NCBI GenBank assembly: GCA_964458415.1
Contig: CAYWIT010000008.1
Location: 1,108-65,107, forward strand
Reading direction: 5' to 3'
Length of the DNA: 64,000 nucleotides
From: an uncultured Rhodospirillaceae bacterium
GTDB taxonomy: Bacteria > Pseudomonadota > Alphaproteobacteria > Micavibrionales > UBA2020
The stretch's first letter is position 1; every line of letters begins with the position of its first letter. The notes beneath the pieces were generated by a model that saw only the letters and a program-made list of their open reading frames with translations, did no database searches and had not been told where the DNA came from. This document shows, in pieces, positions 29,028 to 38,264 of this stretch. The translations under genes were made by a program, and so were the position numbers.

Positions 29028-31436
29028 ATGCAACATGAAACCGTCACCCTTGGCACAAAATATCCGGTTCTCCCGTTAAGGGATATTGTCGTTTTTCCGC
29101 ATATGATCGTGCCGCTGTTTGTCGGACGTGAAAAATCCGTCAAAGCGCTGGAAGGCGCCATGCTGGAAGGTAAACAGGTCTTGCTCGTGACGCAAAAATC
29201 CGCGCAGCAGGATGATCCAACGGCGGGGGACCTGTACGATATCGGCACGCTGGGCAATGTTTTGCAGTTGCTCAAACTGCCGGATGGGACGGTTAAAGTT
29301 CTGGTCGAAGGACAAAAGCGTATTCGGGTGTTGTCCTATACGGACAAGCCGGAATATTTTGAAGCCTATGCCGAACCCGTCGAAGAGAGCGAAGCAAAGG
29401 GGGAGGCGCTGGAAGGCCTGATGCGCGCCTGCATTTCCCAGTTTGACCAGTATGTGAAACTGAACAAAAAAATTCCGCCGGAAATTGTGGGCTCTATCGG
29501 ACAGATAGAAGACGCGCAAAAGCTGGCCGATACGGTGGCTTCGCATCTGACGCTGAAGATTTCCGATCGTCAGAAGCTGCTGGAAATGACCAATGTAGCG
29601 GAGCGGCTGGAACAGATTTTTTCTTTCATGGAAAGCGAAATCGGCGTGATGGAGGTCGAGAAGCGCATTCGCGGCCGCGTCAAGCGCCAGATGGAAAAGA
29701 CCCAGCGCGAATACTATCTGAATGAACAGATGAAGGCCATCCAGAAGGAGCTCAACGAGGGCGAAGACGGGGGGGATGATCTGACCGATCTGGAGCAGAA
29801 AATCAAGAAGACGAAGCTGACCAAGGAGGCGCGGATCAAATGTCTGGCAGAGCTGAAAAAGTTGCGCCAGATGAGCCCGATGTCGGCAGAGTCGACGGTT
29901 GTGCGCAACTATCTCGACTGGATGCTGTCCGTGCCATGGAGCAAGCGTAGCAAGGTTTTGAAAGACCTGAAGTTCGCTGAAAAAGTGCTGGATCAGGATC
30001 ATTTCGGCCTTGAAAAGGTCAAGGAACGGATCCTCGAATATCTGGCGGTACAGCATCGCGCGAACAAGGTGAAAGGGCCGATCCTTTGCCTCGTCGGGCC
30101 TCCGGGCGTCGGCAAGACCTCGCTCGGCAAGTCGATTGCCAAGGCGACCAACCGTAATTTTGTACGGATGTCACTGGGCGGGGTGCGAGACGAATCCGAA
30201 ATCCGCGGCCATCGCCGGACATACATCGGCTCCATGCCGGGGCGCATTATTCAGGGCATGAAAAAAGCGAAGTCATCGAATCCTCTTTTCCTGCTGGACG
30301 AGATTGACAAGCTGGCGCATGACTGGCGCGGCGATCCGGCGGCGGCCTTGCTCGAGGTTCTTGATCCCGAGCAGAACAGCACCTTTAATGATCATTATCT
30401 GGAGGTGGATTACGACCTCTCGGACGTGATGTTTATTTGTACGGCGAATACGCTCGATCTGCCGCGGCCCTTGCTTGACCGGATGGAGATCATCCGTGTT
30501 TCCGGCTATACCGAGGATGAAAAGATCGAAATCGCCCGTCGCCACCTGCTTGACAAGCAGTTGAAGGCAAACGGCCTCAAGAAGGACGAGTTTTCGATCT
30601 CGGATGCAGCTATTTTCCACCTGATCCGTTATTACACGCGGGAGGCCGGAGTGCGTAATCTGGAGCGCGAGCTGTCCAATCTGGCACGCAAGGCAATCAA
30701 GGAAATCATGCTGGGCAAGAATACCTCGGTTGCCATCACGCCAAAGAATATTGAGAAATACGCAGGCGTGCCGCGCTACCGCTTCGGTCAGGCAGAGGAG
30801 CAGGATCGTGTCGGTTGCGTGACCGGACTGGCCTGGACGGAAGTGGGTGGCGACCTGTTGCAGATCGAATCCGTGACTTTCCCCGGCGGTAAGGGCAAGG
30901 TTTCCATGACCGGAAAACTTGGCGACGTGATGAAGGAATCCATTCAGGTTGCGGAAATGCTCATCAAATCCCGTGCGCCTGCCATTGGAATCAAGCCGGA
31001 GTTGTTTGAAAATACCGGCGTTCATGTCCATGTTCCGGAAGGGGCGACGCCCAAGGACGGGCCTTCGGCGGGGATTGCGATGGTGACTTCTATTGTGTCT
31101 TGCCTGACCAATATTGCCGTGCGCAAGGACGTGGCCATGACCGGCGAGGTGGATTTGCTGGGGCAGGTCTTGCCAATTGGCGGGTTAAAAGAGAAACTTC
31201 TGGCCGCGCTGCGCGGCGGGATTACCAAGGTCTTGATTCCAAAGGAAAATGTCAAGGATCTGGCCGAAATCCCGGATAATGTCAAAAAAGGGCTGGAAAT
31301 CGTGCCGGTCGGCGTTATTACCGAGGTGTTGACCCATGCCTTGGTCCGCATGCCTGAACCTGTTGAAATGGAAGCCGTAAAGCCAGTGGAAAAGCCGGCT
31401 GTGGCGGACAAGGGGGCAGAGGTTATTCGCCACTAA
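29028..31436 (+). CDS. lon: ATP-dependent protease Lon
   Basis: 802 aa. LON N-domain (YPVLPLRDIVVFPHMIVPLFVGR), Walker A (GPPGVGKTS) and protease motif (PKDGPSAGIAM). Confidence 0.95.
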   Translation: MQHETVTLGTKYPVLPLRDIVVFPHMIVPLFVGREKSVKALEGAMLEGKQVLLVTQKSAQQDDPTAGDLYDIGTLGNVLQLLKLPDGTVKVLVEGQKRIRVLSYTDKPEYFEAYAEPVEESEAKGEALEGLMRACISQFDQYVKLNKKIPPEIVGSIGQIEDAQKLADTVASHLTLKISDRQKLLEMTNVAERLEQIFSFMESEIGVMEVEKRIRGRVKRQMEKTQREYYLNEQMKAIQKELNEGEDGGDDLTDLEQKIKKTKLTKEARIKCLAELKKLRQMSPMSAESTVVRNYLDWMLSVPWSKRSKVLKDLKFAEKVLDQDHFGLEKVKERILEYLAVQHRANKVKGPILCLVGPPGVGKTSLGKSIAKATNRNFVRMSLGGVRDESEIRGHRRTYIGSMPGRIIQGMKKAKSSNPLFLLDEIDKLAHDWRGDPAAALLEVLDPEQNSTFNDHYLEVDYDLSDVMFICTANTLDLPRPLLDRMEIIRVSGYTEDEKIEIARRHLLDKQLKANGLKKDEFSISDAAIFHLIRYYTREAGVRNLERELSNLARKAIKEIMLGKNTSVAITPKNIEKYAGVPRYRFGQAEEQDRVGCVTGLAWTEVGGDLLQIESVTFPGGKGKVSMTGKLGDVMKESIQVAEMLIKSRAPAIGIKPELFENTGVHVHVPEGATPKDGPSAGIAMVTSIVSCLTNIAVRKDVAMTGEVDLLGQVLPIGGLKEKLLAALRGGITKVLIPKENVKDLAEIPDNVKKGLEIVPVGVITEVLTHALVRMPEPVEMEAVKPVEKPAVADKGAEVIRH

Positions 31437-31483
31437 AAGTCTTGACAGGAGCGACAAGGTTTTATACCAATAGTCGTCCTGAG

Positions 31484-31559
31484 GGGCGATTAGCTCAGTT
31501 GGTAGAGCACCTCGTTTACACCGAGGGTGTCGGGAGTTCGAGTCTCTCATCGCCCACCA
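31484..31559 (+). tRNA. tRNA-Val (anticodon TAC)
   Basis: GGGCGAT acceptor stem pairs with ATCGCCC, followed by A-CCA. Anticodon stem-loop CCTCG-TTTACAC-CGAGG. 76 nt. Confidence 0.9.
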
Positions 31560-31571
31560 CTTCAGGAATGA

Positions 31572-31604
31572 AAAAAAGCCCCGGGTTTTTCCCGGGGCTT
31601 TTTC
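31572..31604. terminator. bidirectional rho-independent terminator (tRNA-Val / convergent small ORF)
   Basis: AGCCCCGGG-TTTTT-CCCGGGGCT, flanked by A7 on the 5' side and T4 on the 3' side. Confidence 0.7.
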
Positions 31605-31621
31605 CATCAAGGAGAAGACTA

Positions 31622-31894
31622 TTACGTCAGACCGAAAGGTTTGGGAGCTTTCATTTCGATATGAGGGATAGTGGGTTGTGCTCTGAAATTCGTATCCATC
31701 TGGGCGCCGTGCGGGCCGTTTTGCGACAGAAGAGGGCCATCAAGAGCCGGTGACATTGTCATGGCGAGCTGTTGGCACATGCCCAAAGACATGCCGAGGA
31801 AGGCAAAATTCAAAACGCGCATGATTTCAGGGCTGATAGCCCCTTCCAAAGGAGCGGCTTCTGCTTTGTGGGGTTTTTCATCAATAGTGGCCAT
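31622..31894 (-). CDS. hypothetical small protein (90 aa)
   Basis: The ORF has a GGAAGG sequence 9 nt upstream of the ATG, its own sigma-70-like promoter, and the bidirectional terminator just past its stop. No family recognised. A competing + strand ORF (31671..31973) has no such signals. Confidence 0.4.
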   Translation of the reverse strand: MATIDEKPHKAEAAPLEGAISPEIMRVLNFAFLGMSLGMCQQLAMTMSPALDGPLLSQNGPHGAQMDTNFRAQPTIPHIEMKAPKPFGLT

Positions 31895-31934
31895 ATGCTT
31901 ATGCCTTCCGATTCCTAAAATTGTATATAATTTC

Positions 31935-31962
31935 AGTATAGCAGATGAATTGTTTATTTCAA
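31935..31962 (-). promoter_or_regulatory. sigma-70-like promoter candidate (TTGAAA-N16-TATACT on the minus strand)
   Basis: The -35 element is the complement of 31957..31962. The -10 element is the complement of 31935..31940. It lies about 40 nt upstream of the 31894 start codon. Confidence 0.4.
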
Positions 31963-31979
31963 TAATAAATTAATCTTTT

Positions 31980-32261
31980 CTAAACAAATTCAACAAAAAA
32001 CATTTGAATTTCAGTGAGTTGATCGTTTTTAATTTTTGCAACGGCAACGTTTTTGCGCTCTTCTAAAAGGGCAACGAAGCGATGATCAAGCGGAAATTCA
32101 AATTTTCTGCCTTCTTTGGGCGCCCCTTCAGGAGTTTTGTAGACCAGCGTGACCTGATAGTCTTCCCGGCTGAATTCAACAATCCTGACAGGGTACGGGA
32201 GAGCCTCATCGTAAACGATGCAAGGCGTCCCGTCACGTAATATAACAATCCCGGCGTTCAT
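31980..32261 (-). CDS. hypothetical small protein (93 aa) immediately downstream of the aldehyde dehydrogenase
   Basis: The internal ATG at complement(32259..32261) gives MNAGIVILRDGTPCIVYDEALPYPVRIVEFSREDYQVTLVYK.... The longer track ORF (to 32573) overlaps the ALDH gene out of frame and is rejected. Confidence 0.5.
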   Translation of the reverse strand: MNAGIVILRDGTPCIVYDEALPYPVRIVEFSREDYQVTLVYKTPEGAPKEGRKFEFPLDHRFVALLEERKNVAVAKIKNDQLTEIQMFFVEFV

Positions 32262-32268
32262 TGTGTCG

Positions 32269-33831
32269 TCATTCGATGTCGAATTTGACGCCTTGCGCCA
32301 GCGGCAGGGCCGATCCGTAGTTGATGGTATTGGTGGAGCGGCGCATATAGGCTTTCCAGCTATCCGAGCCGGATTCACGTCCGCCGCCGGTCTCCTTCTC
32401 GCCACCGAAAGCGCCACCGATTTCCGCGCCGGAGGTGCCGAGATTGACGTTGGCAATCCCGCAATCCGAACCGCAGCAGGATGTGAACAGCTCCGCCTCG
32501 CGAATATCATTGGTGAAGATGCAGGACGAGAGCCCTTGCGGAACGTCGTTTTGCAGGGCAATGGCTTCTTCAAGCTTCGAATATTTCAGCACATACATGA
32601 TGGGCGCAAAAGTTTCATGTCTGACGACGTCTGACTGTCTGGGCATTTCAACAATGGCAGGGGTCACATAGTAGGCGTCAGGATATTTATCCGTCAGCAC
32701 GCGTTCCCCGCCAGAGACTTTTCCGCCCTGAGCCTTGGCTTTTTTCAGCGTCGCCTGCATGGCTTCAAAGGCCTGTTTGTCGATCAGGGGTCCCAGTAAC
32801 GTGCCCTGATCCAGCGGATTGCCGATTTTTACGGACTGGGCCGCTTTTTTGACGCGGGCAACAAATTTATCGGCGATGTCTTTATGCGCGATCAGGCGGC
32901 GCTGTGACGTGCAGCGTTGCCCTGCCGTGCCGACGGCGCCAAACACTGTGGCCATGAGCGCGAGTTCCTGCGTGGCGGTCGGGGTCAGGATCATCGCATT
33001 GTTACCGCCAAGCTCAAGGATGGAACGGCCAAAGCGTGCCGCCACACGGGGGCCAACGGCGCGGCCCATGCGGGTTGATCCCGTCGCGCTGATGACGGGC
33101 AGGCGCGTATCATCGACCATTTGTTCGCCGATTTTGGCATCGCCGATAACGATTTGCGAAAGACCTTCAGGAGCATGGCCGAAGCGCTTGCAGGCCTCTT
33201 CGAACAGTGCCTGACAGGCCAGTGCGGTGAGCGGCGTTTTTTCGGAGGGCTTCCATACCACGGCGTCGCCGCAAACAAAGGCCAGCGCCGCATTCCAGCA
33301 CCAGACGGCGACCGGAAAATTGAAAGCGGAAATGACGCCGACAACGCCCGCCGGATGCCAGTTTTCCTGCATTTTGTGGGAGGGGCGCTCGGAGGCGATG
33401 GTGAGGCCGTAAAGCTGGCGCGACAGACCGACGGCATAGTCGCAGATGTCGATCATTTCCTGCACTTCGCCCAGACCTTCGGTCAGAATTTTTCCGCATT
33501 CAATGGTGACCAGTTTGCCGAGGTCTTCTTTATGCTCGCGCAGAACCTCGCCATAAATTCTTACCAGTTCGCCGCGTTTGGGAGCGGGGAGGGCGCGCCA
33601 TTCCAGAAAGGCCTTGTGCGCACGGGAGATTTTGGCATCCAGTGTTTTGGAGGTATCCAGCGTGACCTTGCCGATTTCCGAGCCATCAATGGGCGAACGC
33701 ACTTTCAGGGTCCCTGTTGTGAAGGCCTTGCTCTCGACGCCCATCTTTTTCAGCAGCAGGGCGGTGTTGTCCTTCAGGGCGATTTTTTGCACATTGGATT
33801 TTGGCATGACGGATTTCCTTTTGGCGACCAT
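32269..33831 (-). CDS. aldehyde dehydrogenase, ALDH7 / piperideine-6-carboxylate (alpha-aminoadipic semialdehyde) dehydrogenase-like
   Basis: GEVQEMIDICDYAVGLSRQLYG...ISAFNFPVAVWCWNAALAFVCGDAVVWKPSEKTPL and ELGGNNA / catalytic-Cys region (GTAGQRCTS). Start at MVAKRK, preceded by AGGAG. Confidence 0.85.
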   Translation of the reverse strand: MVAKRKSVMPKSNVQKIALKDNTALLLKKMGVESKAFTTGTLKVRSPIDGSEIGKVTLDTSKTLDAKISRAHKAFLEWRALPAPKRGELVRIYGEVLREHKEDLGKLVTIECGKILTEGLGEVQEMIDICDYAVGLSRQLYGLTIASERPSHKMQENWHPAGVVGVISAFNFPVAVWCWNAALAFVCGDAVVWKPSEKTPLTALACQALFEEACKRFGHAPEGLSQIVIGDAKIGEQMVDDTRLPVISATGSTRMGRAVGPRVAARFGRSILELGGNNAMILTPTATQELALMATVFGAVGTAGQRCTSQRRLIAHKDIADKFVARVKKAAQSVKIGNPLDQGTLLGPLIDKQAFEAMQATLKKAKAQGGKVSGGERVLTDKYPDAYYVTPAIVEMPRQSDVVRHETFAPIMYVLKYSKLEEAIALQNDVPQGLSSCIFTNDIREAELFTSCCGSDCGIANVNLGTSGAEIGGAFGGEKETGGGRESGSDSWKAYMRRSTNTINYGSALPLAQGVKFDIE

Positions 33832-34075
33832 GGGAGACTCCTGTAATTGATTCCATACTAAAACCATGCCTGATATAGCGGCTGGGCTCAATAAGGAGTT
33901 GATATTCCTTGTCCTTTTTTGGCGTTTTTATATGCCATAATTTTTATAGCGGTGCTATGGTTTTTCGAAAATCAAAAAAGATGATTAGCTTATGTCTAAA
34001 TACTTTAACATTTCAAATAATTGTAATGAAGGGTTTATGTTGATGTACCCATCACGCAGTGTCCGGACCAAAAAA

Positions 34076-35101
34076 TCACCACTCCAGAATGACTTTTCCG
34101 GATTGGCCCGAGACCATCGTGTCGAAGGCGGTCTGAAAATCATCGACCGGAAAATGATGCGTAATCATGGGGGCCAGATTCAGGCCGGATTGCACCATGC
34201 CCATCATTTTATGCCATGTTTCGAACATTTTACGGCCATAGATGCCTTTGAGCGTCAGGCCTTTGAATATGAACTTTCCCCAGTCGATCCCCATATCGCC
34301 GGGCGGGATGCCGAGCAGGGCAATTTTTCCGGCCGGGCGCATCACGTCGATCATGCTGCGGAAGGCCTCGGCATTGCCGGACATTTCCAGCCCGACATCA
34401 AAGCCTTCCAGCATGCCAAGTGACTTTGCGACATCCTGCAACTTTTCCTGCGCGACATTGACTGTGCGCGTGGCGCCCATGGTTTTGGCAAGGGCAAGGC
34501 GGTATTCATTCACGTCAGAAATAACGACATGGCGCGCACCGGCATGACGGCAGATGGCGGCCGCCATACAGCCAATGGGGCCAGCGCCGGTGATCAGCAC
34601 ATCTTCCGCGACCAGATCGAACGACAGTGCCGTATGGGTGGCATTGCCGAAGGGGTCGAAAATCGCGGCAATATCGTCTGGAATATTATCGGGGAGCTTG
34701 ACGACATTGGCGGCGGGCAGGGCAAGGTATTCGGCAAAGGCGCCCTGCCGGTTCACGCCGATGCCCATCTGTTTGATGCAGAGATGGGCGCGACCCGAGC
34801 GGCAGTTGCGGCAAGCGCCGCAGGTGATGTGCCCTTCGCCGGAAACACGCTCGCCCACGGCAATGCGGGTTACTTCCGCGCCGACTTTTTCGACAATGCC
34901 GACATATTCATGTCCGGTGATCAGGCCAACGGGCACGCTCTTTTGCGACCATGCGTCCCAATTATATATGTGGATATCGGTGCCGCAGATCGCGGTCTTT
35001 TTGATTTTGATCAGCACATCGTTCGGCCCGATTTCCGGCACGGGTGCATCGGTCTTCATCCAGATGCCGGGCTTGGCTTCTTTCTTGTAGAGGGCTTTCA
35101 T
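34076..35101 (-). CDS. tdh: L-threonine 3-dehydrogenase
   Basis: 341 aa. [15 protein letters not shown]...[16 protein letters not shown]...GHEYVG zinc-ADH motifs. Adjacent to kbl. Confidence 0.95.
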   Translation of the reverse strand: MKALYKKEAKPGIWMKTDAPVPEIGPNDVLIKIKKTAICGTDIHIYNWDAWSQKSVPVGLITGHEYVGIVEKVGAEVTRIAVGERVSGEGHITCGACRNCRSGRAHLCIKQMGIGVNRQGAFAEYLALPAANVVKLPDNIPDDIAAIFDPFGNATHTALSFDLVAEDVLITGAGPIGCMAAAICRHAGARHVVISDVNEYRLALAKTMGATRTVNVAQEKLQDVAKSLGMLEGFDVGLEMSGNAEAFRSMIDVMRPAGKIALLGIPPGDMGIDWGKFIFKGLTLKGIYGRKMFETWHKMMGMVQSGLNLAPMITHHFPVDDFQTAFDTMVSGQSGKVILEW

Positions 35102-35103
35102 TT

Positions 35104-36306
35104 TTATTTTATCACTCCCAGTTTCTTCCCGACCCTGCCGAAAGCGGCGATCGCCTTGTCGAGGTGCACGATGTCGTGCGCGGCGGACATTTGCGTGCGG
35201 ATGCGGGCCTTGCCCTGCGGCACCACAGGATAGGAAAAGGCGATGACGTAAATGCCTTTTTCCAGCATGGCATCGGCGAACTGCTTGGCCAGCGGCGCGT
35301 CATAGAGCATGACGGGGATGATCGGGTGCTCGCCCGGGACAAGATCGAAGCCGAGGGCGGTCATGCCTTTGCGGAAATAGGCGGCGTTGTCACGCAGTTT
35401 TTGCAGCCGTGCGGGCTCGCTTTGAATCAGGTCGATCGCGGCGATCGAGGCGGCGGCGATGGACGGGGCCAGCGTGTTGGAGAACAGATAGGGCCGCGAG
35501 CGTTGCCGCAGCCAGGCGATGATTTCTTTTTTGCCCGAGGTGTATCCCCCCGAGGCGCCGCCCAGCGCCTTGCCGAATGTTCCGGTGATAATGTCGATGC
35601 GATCCTGTACGCCATGGAATTCCGGCGTTCCGGCGCCGGTCTTGCCGGTGAAGCCGACGGCGTGGCTGTCATCCACCATCACCAACGCATTGTATTTTTT
35701 GGCCAGATCGCAGATGGCGGGCAGGTTGGCAATAATGCCATCCATTGAGAACACGCCGTCTGTCGCAATCAGGCGGTATCTTGCGTTGCTGGCTGCTTTT
35801 AATTGTGCTTCAAGGTCTGCCATGTCGTTGTTCTTGTAGCGATAGCGCTGCGCCTTGCACAGCCGGATACCGTCGATGATGCTGGCATGGTTCAGTTCGT
35901 CGCTGATGACGGCATCCTGTTCGCCCAGAATGGTTTCAAACAGCCCGCCATTCGCGTCGAAGCAGGAGGTGTATAGAATGGTATCCTCTGTTTTCAGAAA
36001 CGCACTGACTTTTTGTTCCAGCCGTTTATGAAGATCCTGCGTGCCGCAGATAAAGCGCACCGAAGCCAGCCCAAAGCCGTATTTGTCAAGCGCATCATGC
36101 GCGGCCCGGATGAGGGCGGGATGATTGGCCAGACCCAGATAGTTGTTGGCGCAGAAGTTCAGCACATGACGGTCATCGTTCGCTGTGTGCACGGTAATAT
36201 CGGCCTGCTGCGGGGAGGTGATAATCCTCTCTGCTTTATAGAAGCCGTTTTTGTGGAGTTGTGCGGTTTCTTCGGCTAAAAATTGCATCATTGTCGCGGT
36301 GTTCAT
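35104..36306 (-). CDS. kbl: glycine C-acetyltransferase (2-amino-3-ketobutyrate CoA ligase)
   Basis: 400 aa. [17 protein letters not shown]-lysine region ([12 protein letters not shown]). kbl-tdh operon. Confidence 0.95.
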   Translation of the reverse strand: MNTATMMQFLAEETAQLHKNGFYKAERIITSPQQADITVHTANDDRHVLNFCANNYLGLANHPALIRAAHDALDKYGFGLASVRFICGTQDLHKRLEQKVSAFLKTEDTILYTSCFDANGGLFETILGEQDAVISDELNHASIIDGIRLCKAQRYRYKNNDMADLEAQLKAASNARYRLIATDGVFSMDGIIANLPAICDLAKKYNALVMVDDSHAVGFTGKTGAGTPEFHGVQDRIDIITGTFGKALGGASGGYTSGKKEIIAWLRQRSRPYLFSNTLAPSIAAASIAAIDLIQSEPARLQKLRDNAAYFRKGMTALGFDLVPGEHPIIPVMLYDAPLAKQFADAMLEKGIYVIAFSYPVVPQGKARIRTQMSAAHDIVHLDKAIAAFGRVGKKLGVIK

Positions 36307-36400
36307 GAAAATCTGTTCCTCTTTTGCGTTTTAGCGTATCATACTCAAATTGCGAAAGGCAGGGGGCGTCTTATTTTACAGATATATGGTTAAGGGGGGT

Positions 36401-37027
36401 ATGAGCAGCATGATCGAACGTTTGCGAAAAGTAATATCCGAGTTGCAGACTGAAATCGAGCAGGAGCTTGAACAAAGACGCGTGCAGTTCCGCTATCATC
36501 TGGAACAACGGCGCGTTATTTTCGAGCAAGGCGTTCTGGAGCAGCATCGTTTGCTGCGGATGAAGATTTTAAAGTTTCTGCGTGCCTCGAAAGTGGCCTA
36601 TGCACTGACAGCGCCGGTGATCTACAGTCTGATTATCCCCATCACGCTGATGGATATTTTTATGACTGTCTATCAGCAGATTTGTTTCCGCATCTACGGT
36701 ATCCCGCTCGTCCGGCGCGGCGATTATGTGGTCATGGACCGTAAATATCTGGCTTATCTCAACTGGATTGAAAAAATAAACTGCATTTATTGCGAGTATG
36801 GCAACGGGGTAATCGCCTATGCGCGCGAAATTGCCAGCCGGACAGAGCAATTCTGGTGCCCGATCAAACATGCGCGCAAGGTGCATGAGCCCCATGGGCG
36901 ATACTACGATTTTCTGGAGTATGGCGATACGCAGGATTTCCGGAGCAAGCTCAAGGATCAGCGTGACAAATGCCGGGCTTGCGAGGTTCCCTGTGCGCCG
37001 CATTCAGATGTGAAAGATCAGCCTTGA
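36401..37027 (+). CDS. hypothetical membrane protein with conserved Cys clusters
   Basis: Start chosen at the ATG at 36401 (MSSMIERLRK), after AAGGGGGG. One or two TM segments (YALTAPVIYSLIIPITLMDIFMTVY). CIYCEYGNG...CPIKHARK...CRACEVPC. No family recognised. Confidence 0.5.
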   Translation: MSSMIERLRKVISELQTEIEQELEQRRVQFRYHLEQRRVIFEQGVLEQHRLLRMKILKFLRASKVAYALTAPVIYSLIIPITLMDIFMTVYQQICFRIYGIPLVRRGDYVVMDRKYLAYLNWIEKINCIYCEYGNGVIAYAREIASRTEQFWCPIKHARKVHEPHGRYYDFLEYGDTQDFRSKLKDQRDKCRACEVPCAPHSDVKDQP

Positions 37028-38238
37028 GGTTTCGGCGTCAGGAAAGTTCCGGCTTTGTCGGATAGTGCCGAGAAAAAAGGCGTTAATACCATTGAAAGCG
37101 CTGTTACCAGCAACATGAACTGACCGATGTTTTCCGGCATAAGTTTGACGGCCATGGCTGTTCCTACGACAACGTAAAGAAATTCCCCCCCTTGTCCCAG
37201 CATCAGTCCGGCGGGGAGGGCAACGTCGTTGGAGATACGGAACAGGCGGCAGAGGACAAAAATAATGACTGTTTTAATGAAGTAAATTCCGATAACCGAG
37301 GCAAAAAGCCAGAACAGGGAATCCATGACGGCATGTACGTCGATTTTCATGCCGACAGTGATAAAGAAGAGACCCAGCAGGAGCCCCTGAAACGGCTTGA
37401 TATCGGCTTCAATACGGTTGTGGTGCTCTGTCTCCGCCAGAAGCAGTCCGGCCAGAAAGGCGCCCATTTCCATGGAAAGACCGGCGGTATAGGTTAATGC
37501 GGATGTCAGCAGAATGATCAGAAGCGTCGTCGCGGTAAAAAGCTCGGGGCTACGCGTTGATGTTTCGGCTAGACGAAAGACCGGACGCAACAGAAGGCGT
37601 CCAAGCAGAACGATGAGGGCGACAGCGACGATGGCCTTCAGTGTCGCGATAGAAAGAGCAATGCCCAGAGAAGCGCCGCTTTCCTGACTGAAAACGCTGA
37701 TCAGAACCAGCAACGGAACGACAGCGATATCCTGCGCCAGTAAAATCGAAATAATGACGCGGCCCTTCGTGCCGAGGAGTTCTTTGCGCTCCATGAGGAT
37801 TTGCGAGACGATAGCTGTGGAGGAAAGCGCAAAACAGCCGCCCAGCAGGATGCTTACTTGCAAAGAGTTCCCCCACAAATAGGCAACAATCCCAACAATG
37901 AGCGAAGTGAGAGTGACCTGCAGGAAGCCCAGTCCGAAAATATAGTGGCGCATGGCAATCAGGCGGTGCATGGAAAGGTTCAGCCCGATAATGAAGAGGA
38001 GGAAGAGGACGCCAAAATCCGCGAGGGACTTGATGCCGGTCTGGTCGTTAATGAGGCTGAGCCCGGAGGGTCCGATCAATACGCCTACCGCCAGATAGCC
38101 CAGCACAGGACTGGCTTTCATTTTTTGAAACAGGGGAACAACGGTGACGCTGGCGATCAGAAAGACCAGAGCCTCCCTCAAATAAGGGATATGGAGGCTT
38201 TGCATATCCAGCAGGTTTATGATGCTTTCGGTTTGCAC
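37018..38238 (-). CDS. cation:proton antiporter (CPA2/Kef-type membrane domain, no RCK domain)
   Basis: 406 aa, about 12 TM segments. Motifs such as LGYLAVGVLIGPSGL, FLLFIIGLNLS and LGAFLAGLLLAETE are typical of KefB/C-like Na+/H+-exchanger family proteins. Confidence 0.8.
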   Translation of the reverse strand: MQTESIINLLDMQSLHIPYLREALVFLIASVTVVPLFQKMKASPVLGYLAVGVLIGPSGLSLINDQTGIKSLADFGVLFLLFIIGLNLSMHRLIAMRHYIFGLGFLQVTLTSLIVGIVAYLWGNSLQVSILLGGCFALSSTAIVSQILMERKELLGTKGRVIISILLAQDIAVVPLLVLISVFSQESGASLGIALSIATLKAIVAVALIVLLGRLLLRPVFRLAETSTRSPELFTATTLLIILLTSALTYTAGLSMEMGAFLAGLLLAETEHHNRIEADIKPFQGLLLGLFFITVGMKIDVHAVMDSLFWLFASVIGIYFIKTVIIFVLCRLFRISNDVALPAGLMLGQGGEFLYVVVGTAMAVKLMPENIGQFMLLVTALSMVLTPFFSALSDKAGTFLTPKPQG

Positions 38239-38264
38239 GCCGGGGGCCTTTCAGGTGCCAGTGG

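Noticed and set aside
31442-31470. TTGACA upstream of tRNA-Val as a promoter.
   Set aside because: No acceptable -10 hexamer lies at 16-18 nt spacing; the best options (TATACC or TTTATA) need 13-15 nt spacers. I therefore left it uncalled.
31980-32573. 197-aa minus-strand ORF extending upstream into the aldehyde dehydrogenase gene.
   Set aside because: Its N-terminal ~100 codons overlap the ALDH coding region out of frame and are Arg/Pro/Ala-rich. Only the distal 93 codons, from the internal ATG at 32261, are kept.
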